Shown: piece after piece, positions 24,166 through 32,496 of the stretch | Position numbering within the stretch: the stretch's first letter is position 1 | How the letters are laid out: every line of letters begins with the position of its first letter | Assembly (NCBI GenBank): GCA_034670305.1 | Contig: JAXMNT010000009.1 | Coordinates: 128,001 to 192,000 of the forward strand | DNA length: 64,000 bases | Reading direction: 5' to 3' | Origin: Deltaproteobacteria bacterium | GTDB taxonomy: Bacteria; Myxococcota_A; Polyangia; Polyangiales; Houyiibacteriaceae | Notes under the pieces: model-generated | Databases searched by the model: none | Seen by the model: only the letters and a program-made list of their open reading frames with translations | What the model was told of the DNA's origin: nothing | Translations under genes and position numbers: made by a program

Positions 24166-24662
24166 GAAGCCGTCTCCGCGCGGCTCTGGCCACGGTAGGA
24201 TTCGAGGATCGCGTCGATGCGCTCGAACGTGAGATTCTCGTGGTAGTCGTCGTCGATCTGCACCATCGGGGCTTGTCCGCAGGCGGCAAGGCACTCTGCT
24301 TTGAGCAGCGTGAACTTCCCGTCCTTCGACGTGCCACCAGGGTGGCAGCCCAGCGTCTCTTCCAGATGCTCCTGGATCGCTTTCGCGCCGCGCAGGTCAC
24401 AAGACAACGTTCGGCACACGTAGATGACGTGTTCGCCGACCGGTTGCTGGAAGAACATCGTGTAGAACGTGACAACGCCCTTCACGATCGCGGTGGAGAG
24501 CTCGAGCCGGCTGGCGACGAACTGAATTACTTCGGGGCTGACCCAGCCATGTTGGCGTTGGCAGATCCAAAGGACCGGGATGAGCGCTGCCCGCCGCGTC
24601 GGGTAGTGGGTCAGCAGCTCATCGACTTCTTTATCCCGCTGTGGGGTGAGGGCGAAGGCCAT
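24162..24662 (-). CDS. nuoE: NADH-quinone oxidoreductase subunit E
   Basis: VVTFYTMF, CRTLSC and ECLAAC 2Fe-2S ligands; ATG 24662. Confidence 0.95.
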   Translation of the reverse strand: MAFALTPQRDKEVDELLTHYPTRRAALIPVLWICQRQHGWVSPEVIQFVASRLELSTAIVKGVVTFYTMFFQQPVGEHVIYVCRTLSCDLRGAKAIQEHLEETLGCHPGGTSKDGKFTLLKAECLAACGQAPMVQIDDDYHENLTFERIDAILESYRGQSRAETAS

Positions 24663-24906
24663 GATTTCCTGCCTCACACGGCGTTTTTCCCCGTCGCAAG
24701 GCGAGCGGACGCTAGGCGGGAGGCGGCCATCTGTCAAGCGAGGTCGGAGCGGGCGAAGATGGCGGCAAACGTTGGAGAAAGTCCGTTTCGCACCGGCGCA
24801 TTTTCGAGTAGGGTACGCCAGCCTGGAGTGCTGCGTCCGTACCGACCGGTTCTCCCATGCGATTACCGCCGATTGACCAAACTCGGCGAGATGAAGAGGG
24901 GATTCG

Positions 24907-26358
24907 GTGACCGTCTACTGTCCGAACTGCGGAAAGCCCAATACGGATGAGGCCGCAACATGTGTCTCTTGTCAGACCCAGCTCAAGAAAGCTGCGCCTG
25001 GCAAGGCCAAGTTTAAGGGAACGATGATGATGTCAGGACTGTCCGCTCCGGCGGCACCCCCCGGTGGCGCTGCTCCGCCCGCTGGCGCACCGCCTGCGGC
25101 TGCCGCTCCTCCCAAGAAAGACATGGCGTTTCAGGCGACCATGCTGGGTCCGATGACCCCGCCGGCAGGCGCTCCTGGTGCGGCTCCGGCAGGCGCGCCG
25201 GCAGGTGCCCCCGCGGGTGCCCCGCCGGCAGGTGGTGGATTCGGCGCCGCACCCGCTGCAGGCGGTTTCGGCGCGGCCCCGGCCGCGCCGCCTGCCGGTG
25301 CACCGGCAGGCGGCGCGCCCGCAGGTGGTGGCTTCGGAGCGCCTCCCGAGTCGGCCCCCGCGGGCGGTGGATTCGGAGCGCCCCCCGGTGGCGCACCCGC
25401 AGGCGGTGCTCCCGCCGGTGGGTTCGGAGCGCCTCCCGGTGGCGCACCCGCAGGCGGTGCCCCGGCCGGTGGGTTCGGAGCGCCCGCAGGAGGCGCGCCC
25501 GCCGGTGGCGCGCCCGCAGGCGGTGGATTCGGATCGCCCGCCGGTGGTGCGCCCGCAGGCGGCGCGCCCGCAGGTGGCGCGCCCGCCGGTGGTGGTTTCG
25601 GTGCCCCGGCGGAAGCGTCCGGTGGCTTCGGGCAACCGCCCGGTGGCGGAGCCCCTCCCGGCGGCGGATTCGGTGGCCCTCCTGGCGGCGCACCGCCCGG
25701 TGGCGGCGCACCTCCCGGCGGCGGTGGTTTCGGTGGTCCCCCCGCAGGCGGTCCGCCGGCCGGTGGACCTCCCGGCGGTGGCTTCGGCGGTGGCGTGCCT
25801 CCGAGCGCTGGCGGTGGCGGTCCCCCCATGGCGACCCCGCCCCAGAAGAGCAAAGCCGGCATGTGGATCGGCATCGGCGTCGGGTGCCTCGTGCTCCTCT
25901 TCGCGGTGGTCTTCGGAACCTGCTGGTGGTGCAAGAGCAAAGCGGAGCAGTTCGGCGAAGAGCTCGGTGAAGGCATGGGCGGACTGGGTGGCGAACTGAC
26001 CCGCATCTCGCTCGGATTCCAACTGAGCGGCATCAAGATGAGCTGCGCCGGCGATCCCTCGGGCGCCGCTGCAGCGAACTACTTCCATCCGCAGGTCTTC
26101 GCCCAGAACCAGGCCGCTGCGTGCCAGGTCACGGACGCCACGCTCCAAGCGATGGGCCGCTCCTGCAACACGGGACAGGTTCCCTGTTCCGCGGTGACCA
26201 ACATCACGACGACCCCAGATGCCAGCCGCGCGACTTCGCTCGGCCTCGATGGCAACCAGTGCTGGGTCTACACCTCGGGCTCCGCGAAGATCATCGGCTG
26301 TCAGACGCCGACCGGGTTCAAGCTGATCCATCTCGAGAACCCAGGCGCCGTCCAGTAG
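24907..26358 (+). CDS. Zinc-ribbon / Gly-Pro-Ala-rich membrane-anchored protein with Cys-containing C-terminal domain
   Basis: CPNCG...CVSC, a long run of GGAPAGGF repeats, one TM segment (MWIGIGVGCLVLLFAVVF); GTG start after GAGGGG. Confidence 0.8.
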   Translation: MTVYCPNCGKPNTDEAATCVSCQTQLKKAAPGKAKFKGTMMMSGLSAPAAPPGGAAPPAGAPPAAAAPPKKDMAFQATMLGPMTPPAGAPGAAPAGAPAGAPAGAPPAGGGFGAAPAAGGFGAAPAAPPAGAPAGGAPAGGGFGAPPESAPAGGGFGAPPGGAPAGGAPAGGFGAPPGGAPAGGAPAGGFGAPAGGAPAGGAPAGGGFGSPAGGAPAGGAPAGGAPAGGGFGAPAEASGGFGQPPGGGAPPGGGFGGPPGGAPPGGGAPPGGGGFGGPPAGGPPAGGPPGGGFGGGVPPSAGGGGPPMATPPQKSKAGMWIGIGVGCLVLLFAVVFGTCWWCKSKAEQFGEELGEGMGGLGGELTRISLGFQLSGIKMSCAGDPSGAAAANYFHPQVFAQNQAAACQVTDATLQAMGRSCNTGQVPCSAVTNITTTPDASRATSLGLDGNQCWVYTSGSAKIIGCQTPTGFKLIHLENPGAVQ

Positions 26359-26376
26359 GTCGGCCCACACTTCGAT

Positions 26377-26406
26377 GAGAAGGCGTCCCTCGGGGCGCCT
26401 TTTCTC
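26377..26406 (+). terminator. Intrinsic terminator
   Basis: AGGCGTCCC-TC-GGGGCGCCT followed by TTTCTC. Confidence 0.7.
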
Positions 26407-26411
26407 GTTTA

Positions 26412-26547
26412 TCGACGCGGCGAAGCCGAGCGAAGCGAGCACGCCGTGTCACCGGGACGGGGTTTGGGGGCCGTGCCCCCAAGAATATTCGACGCGGTGA
26501 AGCCGAGCGACACCAGGACGGGGTTTGGGGGCCGTGCCCCCAAGAAT
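26412..26547. repeat. Two tandem REP-like units, each ending in a TTGGGGGC-CGT-GCCCCCAA hairpin
   Basis: Units at 26412-26486 and 26489-26547; the second lacks a 16-bp internal segment. Confidence 0.8.
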
Positions 26548-26549
26548 GT

Positions 26550-27230
26550 TCAGTCGGGGGCGCGGTAGCCGACGCCGAAGACCGTCTTGATCGGATCGAC
26601 GTCGCAGACGCGGAACTTCCGCCGGATGCGCCGGACGTGGGTGTCGATGGTGCGTGCGGTCACGTGGTTGTCGAACGGGTACGCCCGCTGCATCAGTTGT
26701 TCTCTGCTCAGTACGATTCCCGGCCGTTCGTAGAGGGCCTGCAGCACCCCGAACTCGGTGGCGGTCAGTTCGATGGTCTGGTCCCCGCAGCGAACGTCGT
26801 GGCAGTCGATGTCGATGCGCACCGAACCGTGTTTGAGGACCCGGGTGGTGGTTCGCTGGGTGTCGTCGCTCCGGCGCAAGATCGCCTTGATCCGGGCCAC
26901 GAGTTCGCGAGGGGAAAACGGCTTGGTCAGGTAGTCGTCGCCCCCGAGCTCGAGGCCGAGCACCCGATCGATCTCTTCGCTCCGGGCGGAGAGAAACAGA
27001 ATCGGGATCGAGATGGAGTCTTGCCGCATCCGGCGGCAGACCTCGAGTCCGTCGATCCCAGGCATCATCACGTCGAGCACGATCAGATCGAACGCGGTCT
27101 GCTTCTTCACCTGGTCGAGCGCGCCGGCCCCATCGGACACGCTGGTCACCGCGAAACCTGCGCGTTCGAGTGCGTACTGGACGACCTCTCGAATGCGCGC
27201 TTCGTCGTCGGCGATCAGAACGTGGGGCAT
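26550..27230 (-). CDS. OmpR/PhoB-family response regulator (CreB-like)
   Basis: LIADDE, LDVMMP, GGDDYLTKPFSPREL, winged helix RTIDTHVRRIRRK...TVFGVGY. Confidence 0.93.
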   Translation of the reverse strand: MPHVLIADDEARIREVVQYALERAGFAVTSVSDGAGALDQVKKQTAFDLIVLDVMMPGIDGLEVCRRMRQDSISIPILFLSARSEEIDRVLGLELGGDDYLTKPFSPRELVARIKAILRRSDDTQRTTTRVLKHGSVRIDIDCHDVRCGDQTIELTATEFGVLQALYERPGIVLSREQLMQRAYPFDNHVTARTIDTHVRRIRRKFRVCDVDPIKTVFGVGYRAPD

Positions 27231-27279
27231 CGCGGAATCCTACGTCGAGTGGCCCCAGGTCTGCCCTCTGCGCGCAGGC

Positions 27280-27642
27280 TCACGTGACGAACTTCACCGC
27301 TTCACGCGGGTCCGCGGTCACCACCTCGACTTCGGAGGAGGAACCCACTCGGGTGTGGTGTTGCTGCATGGCGATGGTCGGACTGCTCGCGAGCACGACG
27401 AGGCCCTGACACGCCTCGCTCCTCAGGCAGCGCTGCTTGAGGCCGCGAAACCGCTCCACCACATCTTCTTCGAGGGGCACCAGGTCGCGCAGATCGAACA
27501 GCGCTCGGAACGTTGCTCCGCCACTGGCGGTCAGCGCGTCTTCGAGCGCTGCGCTCAGATCGCGCACGTCCCGCTGGGTCAGTCGGTCGCACACCCGCAC
27601 CGTGAGCCGAGACGAATCGGGCTCATACTCCACGCGCCACAC
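27280..27642 (-). CDS. Small STAS/SEC14-like hypothetical protein
   Basis: FRALFDLRDL core and C-terminal DPREAVKF pattern. Confidence 0.6.
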   Translation of the reverse strand: MWRVEYEPDSSRLTVRVCDRLTQRDVRDLSAALEDALTASGGATFRALFDLRDLVPLEEDVVERFRGLKQRCLRSEACQGLVVLASSPTIAMQQHHTRVGSSSEVEVVTADPREAVKFVT

Positions 27643-27662
27643 CGGGCGAGTCTAGCAGGGTC

Positions 27663-27763
27663 GTCCGGCCGGTGCGCGGTCACCCAAGCGGAGTCTCGTT
27701 GGCCTGGTCGTGTCCGGCCGGTGCGCGGTCACCCAAGCGGAGTCTCGTTGGCCTGGTCGTGTC
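27663..27763. repeat. Exact 49-bp tandem duplication
   Basis: GTCCGGCCGGTGCGCGGTCACCCAAGCGGAGTCTCGTTGGCCTGGTCGT at 27663 and 27712. Confidence 0.9.
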
Positions 27764-27777
27764 GTTCAGCAGTCCGC

Positions 27778-27832
27778 GGGCAAGGGCAGGGGCAAGGGCA
27801 CGGGCAAGGGTAGAACGCCCTTGGGCGTTCTA
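27778..27832 (-). terminator. Stop-codon hairpin plus (CCCTTG)n tract module, copy 2
   Basis: TAGAACGCCC-TT-GGGCGTTCTA (27811-27832) includes the TAG stop; six G tracts at 27778-27810. Terminator function is inferred. Confidence 0.5.
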
Positions 27833-28786
27833 GTCGACCTTGAGGTACCCGGCCTTGATCAGCTTCACGAGGATGCCGCTCGTCTCGAGGTCGCTCGCGA
27901 GACTCTTGTTCAGCACCGCTTCGACGTGGGCGTAGTTGTGCGCGAGCTGGAGGACGTCGAGTTCGTCGGGCGCGAGTTCACGCAGCGGAGGAATCAAGGG
28001 TGAGGCCAACGTGACGCTCGAGGAGAGGGGCGGCATGTCGGGCCCGAGCCGGCGGACTTCGTCGAGCTGCCGCATCGCCTCCATGAGCAACCCTTCGGTG
28101 CTCATCTCGATCGGGTCGAGGAACTCCCGATCCTCGGGCGCGGCCATGTCGAAGGTGCCTTCGGTCCAGGTGATGATCCGGTAGAAGCTCTTCACCGGCG
28201 ACACGTCGTAGTTGTCGTTGATGACGGAGAACACGACGCGGCCCTTGTCGAGGAAGATCTTGCCGGTGTCGTTGTCCGTGCGAACCACGAGGGTGCCGCT
28301 CTTCTTACTCGCGCTGAACAGCTGCAGGAGATCGGGCAGCGGCACCTCACCGATGGAGCCCGTCATGGTGCGCACCTGCGAGGTGCGCTTTCCGGCCGCC
28401 ACATCTTCGAGATGCGCCTTGGCTTCGTCGAGCGACGCGGGTCCTTCGGTCGCGATGACCTTGATGATGCTGGTCCCGATGAGGATGCGATCCCCTTCGT
28501 TCAGCCGGGCGCGTTTGATCTTCTCGCCGTTGACGAAACTGCCGTTCGTCGACCCGAGGTCCTGGATGAAGATCTGGTCGTTCGTGACCGTGATCTTGGC
28601 GTGGCGGCGCGAGACCATGTCCTCGACGAGCACCATGTCGAGTTCGCTCGAGCGACCGATCACGATCTCCCCCTCCTCGGGCAACGGGAATTCGCCACCT
28701 TGGTATTTGCCGGAGATGAAACGCAGCGCGAACGACCGAGCGGAGCGGTGTTGGGGCGGCGACATCTTGGGGGACGGAGGCTCCAT
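27830..28786 (-). CDS. FHA domain plus DUF4388 (PatA-N-like) signalling protein
   Basis: FHA motifs IGRS, VSRRHA and DLGSTNG; GSIGEVPLPDLLQL...KSGTL...W.EGTF is typical of DUF4388. Confidence 0.88.
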   Translation of the reverse strand: MEPPSPKMSPPQHRSARSFALRFISGKYQGGEFPLPEEGEIVIGRSSELDMVLVEDMVSRRHAKITVTNDQIFIQDLGSTNGSFVNGEKIKRARLNEGDRILIGTSIIKVIATEGPASLDEAKAHLEDVAAGKRTSQVRTMTGSIGEVPLPDLLQLFSASKKSGTLVVRTDNDTGKIFLDKGRVVFSVINDNYDVSPVKSFYRIITWTEGTFDMAAPEDREFLDPIEMSTEGLLMEAMRQLDEVRRLGPDMPPLSSSVTLASPLIPPLRELAPDELDVLQLAHNYAHVEAVLNKSLASDLETSGILVKLIKAGYLKVD

Positions 28787-28980
28787 GTGGGAGATGCGTG
28801 GGGCCGATGAGGGCCACGCGAGGGGGGTAGGCTAGGTCGTTGGAGCCAGCGCGGTCAAGGTTTGCTGGTGCCTGGATGCACGGTCATGTCCCTGAAATCA
28901 TGAGAGACCCCCGGACGGCCAAGGGGAGGGCGCACCACCTCACACGATGGCCGAGGCCGCCAGCCGTGGTAGAGGTAGAC

Positions 28981-31905
28981 ATGTCGGCTGGCCCGAACGC
29001 CGCGAGGAGTAGGGCACCACGCTCCGGGCCGGTGCTTTGGGGTGTCGCGCTGTCGGTCGCGGCCGTGTTTTGGGCCCTGGCCGGCCCAGCGTCCGCGCAA
29101 GTCCGGGACCGCAGGCTTCGGTGGCGCACCATCGAGACCGAGCACTTCGCGGTCCACTACCCGCAGCCCCTCGGCATGCTCGCCCGGCGGGTCGCGGACG
29201 TGGCGGAGCGGGCCCATGCCCGGCTCGTCACGGTGTTCGACCACGCCCCACGAGAGCGGGTCGAGATGGTGCTCACCGACGACACCGATTCGGCCAATGG
29301 CTCGGCGACGCCGCTTCCCTTCGCCAACATCCGGCTTTTCGCCAGTGCACCGTCCGACCTCACCCCACTCGGGGACTACGACGACTGGTTCACGGTGCTC
29401 GTCACCCACGAAGACACGCACATCGTGCACCTCGACACGATCGGCGGGATCCCAGCGCTCATCAACGCGGTGCTCGGCAAGAGCTACGCGCCGAACCTCA
29501 TCCAGCCGCGCTGGTTCATCGAAGGGCTCGCCACCCACGTCGAGTCCGCGGAGACCTCCGGGGGCCGCATCCGCTCGACGATGTTCGAGATGTACATGCG
29601 CATGGCGACGCTCGAGGACCGGCTTCTGACGCTCGACCAGCTGAGCTCGAGCGTCGATGCGTGGCCGCGGGGAACCGCCTGGTACCTCTACGGGGGGCGC
29701 TTCGTCGACTTCATCGCGCGGCGTTACGGACGCGATGCATTGACGCAGATCTCGCACGCGTATGGCCGGCAACTCGTGCCCTACGGGGTCAACCGGGTCG
29801 CCCAGCGCGTCACGGGAAAGACGTTCGTCGAACTCTACGCCGAGTGGCAGGACGACCTTCGCGAGAAACACGGGCGGGTGCGCGACGAGGTCGTCGCCAC
29901 GGGCCGGGTCGAGGGCGAGCGCATCACCTTCCACGGCGAGCTCGCGCGGTCGCCGCGCTTCGTCGATGAGGAGACGTTGGTCTACTACGTCGCCGACGGA
30001 CACAACGATCCGGCGCTGCGCCTCATCGACCGCAGCGGCCACGACCCGCGACAGCTGACGCGCGTGGTTGGGGAGGCGTATGCCGCGCCAGCCGGCCGGG
30101 GCCGGATGATCTACGACTCGCTCGACGCGCATCGGGACATCTACTTCATGAACGACCTGTTCATGATCGACGGCGGCGAGCGAACCCGGCTCACCGAAGG
30201 GCTGCGAGCCCAGCATCCGGATCTCGCCCCGGACGGTCGCCGGCTCGTGTTCACCTCGAACAGCGCGGGCACCACCCACTTGATGATGGCCGACCTGCAA
30301 GATGTGCAAGCGAGCGCGCGGGTGCTCCTGCGCAGTCGGCGCTACGAACAGGTCTTCACCCCGCGCTGGTCGCCCGACGGAACCACGATCGCCATCAGCC
30401 GCTGGCGCGCGCCCGGATATCGAGACGTCGTGCTTGTGGACGCACAAAGCGGCGACGTGCGGGCGGTGACCGACGATCGCGCGCTCGACACCGGACCGGC
30501 GTGGTCGCCCGACGGCCGCACCTTGTACTTCAGCAGCGACCGCACCGGGATCGCGAACCTCTTCGCGTACGACCTGGAAACCGGCGCGACCCACCAGGTC
30601 ACCAACAGTCTCTCAGGCGCCTACGCCCCGACGGTGAACCCGAACGGCCGAGAGCTGGTCTACCTCGGGTACACCAGCTTCGGGTTCGACCTCTTTCGGT
30701 TGCCCCTCGATCGTTCGACCTGGCGCGACGCGCCGCTCTACGAGAACAACCGGCCCGCGGCGGTGGAGCCGGGGGAGAGCGCGCTTCTCTCCTCGCGGTA
30801 CCGGCCAGCGCGCACGGTCTACCCCCGCTCCTACCTGCTCGACTTTCAGCCGGACTCGTTCGGCACCCAGCTCGGCGTCACCATCGCCGGCACCGATCTG
30901 GCCGAACACCACCGCTACGCCGCTCGGGTCGGGGTGAGCCTCGCAGAGGGGTACGTGAACGCGGACGCGAGCTGGGTGTTTCAGCGAACCCCGGCGCCCG
31001 TCACCCTTCACGCGTTTCGTCGGGTCGCACTTCGGGGCGGACTGCAGGTGGCTGGCGAGGAACGCAACTGGGTCGAGGATGCGATCGGCGCCGACGTGGG
31101 GTTGAACTACAGCATCCCGCGCATGCTCCATGCGGAGTCCATCAGCGCGAACTACTCGGTGGTGAACCTGCGGCAGGGCGAGCCGTTCGGCGGGACCCTC
31201 GATCCGAACACCCCGCCGCCGGTCCTCCCGACCACCGGGCGGTTGGCGTCGCTCCGGGTCGGCTGGGGGTACTCGAATGTGCGCCAGCACTTCTACGACA
31301 TGTTTCCGTCCGAGGGCCGGAACTTCGGCGCCAGCATCTCCCTCTCGCACCCGGTGCTCGGAAGTGCATTTCGCGCGGCGAGTCTCTCGTGGTCCTGGAC
31401 GCGTCACGTCGAAGCCCCGTGGCGGCAGCACCATGTGTTCTCCCTTCGTTATGGGGGCGGGATCAGCGGCGGCGACCTCGGCCACCGCGGGGTGTTCGCG
31501 CTCGGAGGCTTTGGCGACGCGAGCCTCTTCGACCAGCTCCGCAACCAGAGTTCGCTCGGCGGCACGGCGCTGCGTGGGTACGACCCGTTCAGTCGAGCCG
31601 GCACCCAGTTCCAGCTGGTCCAGCTCGAGTACCGGTTCCCGCTCTTCCGGATCATGCGGGGGATCCAGACGCTGCCGGTCTATCTGAACCGCACCTACGC
31701 GCTGGTCTTCGTGGACGTTGGCGATGCGTACCGGGGGCGCTTCGACCCCACGACTCTGCGGGTCGGTGCGGGGGCGGAGATCTTCCTCGACTTCACCCTG
31801 GGCTTCATCCTCCCGTTCACGATGCGCATCGGGTTCGCCTACGGATTCATGGACGAAGAGGCGGGTGGCGCCCAGTTCTACGCCCACCTCGGCGTGCCTT
31901 TCTAA
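28981..31905 (+). CDS. Omp85/BamA-superfamily outer membrane protein with N-terminal HExxH peptidase-like domain and TolB/PD40 propeller
   Basis: VTHEDTH and PRWFIEGLA; PRWSPDG/PAWSPDG repeats; LRGY motif; C-terminal beta-strand ending in F. Confidence 0.8.
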   Translation: MSAGPNAARSRAPRSGPVLWGVALSVAAVFWALAGPASAQVRDRRLRWRTIETEHFAVHYPQPLGMLARRVADVAERAHARLVTVFDHAPRERVEMVLTDDTDSANGSATPLPFANIRLFASAPSDLTPLGDYDDWFTVLVTHEDTHIVHLDTIGGIPALINAVLGKSYAPNLIQPRWFIEGLATHVESAETSGGRIRSTMFEMYMRMATLEDRLLTLDQLSSSVDAWPRGTAWYLYGGRFVDFIARRYGRDALTQISHAYGRQLVPYGVNRVAQRVTGKTFVELYAEWQDDLREKHGRVRDEVVATGRVEGERITFHGELARSPRFVDEETLVYYVADGHNDPALRLIDRSGHDPRQLTRVVGEAYAAPAGRGRMIYDSLDAHRDIYFMNDLFMIDGGERTRLTEGLRAQHPDLAPDGRRLVFTSNSAGTTHLMMADLQDVQASARVLLRSRRYEQVFTPRWSPDGTTIAISRWRAPGYRDVVLVDAQSGDVRAVTDDRALDTGPAWSPDGRTLYFSSDRTGIANLFAYDLETGATHQVTNSLSGAYAPTVNPNGRELVYLGYTSFGFDLFRLPLDRSTWRDAPLYENNRPAAVEPGESALLSSRYRPARTVYPRSYLLDFQPDSFGTQLGVTIAGTDLAEHHRYAARVGVSLAEGYVNADASWVFQRTPAPVTLHAFRRVALRGGLQVAGEERNWVEDAIGADVGLNYSIPRMLHAESISANYSVVNLRQGEPFGGTLDPNTPPPVLPTTGRLASLRVGWGYSNVRQHFYDMFPSEGRNFGASISLSHPVLGSAFRAASLSWSWTRHVEAPWRQHHVFSLRYGGGISGGDLGHRGVFALGGFGDASLFDQLRNQSSLGGTALRGYDPFSRAGTQFQLVQLEYRFPLFRIMRGIQTLPVYLNRTYALVFVDVGDAYRGRFDPTTLRVGAGAEIFLDFTLGFILPFTMRIGFAYGFMDEEAGGAQFYAHLGVPF

Positions 31906-32413
31906 TTGCCACTACGGGCCTGGCTCGCTTCGCGAGACTGGCGGCCCTAATTCGGCGTCCAGAGCACATCGACGTGCTCACCGCCTGTTCGCTTGATGCA
32001 CTGAAGAAGCATCTGGATGCTCTTGGCGGCTGCGCGCGGTCGATGCACTCCCGCCGCCTCCATGACGCACTTGGGGAGTGCACCAGTTGCTCGGCCTTCG
32101 GCCTGCGCAGGTGCACGGGTGGAGATGCCTGACTCGCTGGCGCTGGTCGAGGCCTGGCTCGCTTCGCGAGACTGGCGGCCCTAATTCGGCGTCCAGAGCA
32201 CATCGACGTGCTCGCCGCCCACTCCTTGGGTGCACTGAAGAAACATCAGGGGCAGTTGGCGGCTGCGCGCGGTCGATGCACTCCTGCCGCCTCTGTGACG
32301 CACTTCAAGAGTGCACCAGTTGCTCGGCCTTCGGCCTGCGCAGGTGCACGGGTGGAGATGCCTGACTCGCAGGCGCTGTTCGGGCCTGGCTCGCTTCGCG
32401 AGACTGGCGGGCC
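31905..32413 (+). repeat. ~232-234-bp structured dispersed repeat (MITE/REP- or ncRNA-like): two tandem copies plus a partial third start
   Basis: Unit start GGCCTGGCTCGCTTCGCGAGACTGGCGG recurs at 31917, 32151 and 32383; homologous copy at 37335-37597 on the - strand. Confidence 0.92.
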
Positions 32414-32496
32414 TATGCTCGAGGAATACACCCAGTGGGGAGAAAGAACGCCCGGGTCCGTATGAGGGGTGAACATCTCCCATTTCGAGGTCTCCC

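Noticed and set aside
31985-32030. Hammerhead ribozyme core (CTGAAGA matches CUGANGA) in the 232-bp element
   Set aside because: No GAAA follows a stem II in any of the three copies, so the canonical core is incomplete
31905-32413. CRISPR array
   Set aside because: The ~200-bp segments between the recurring 28-bp starts are homologous to each other rather than unique spacers, and no cas genes are visible
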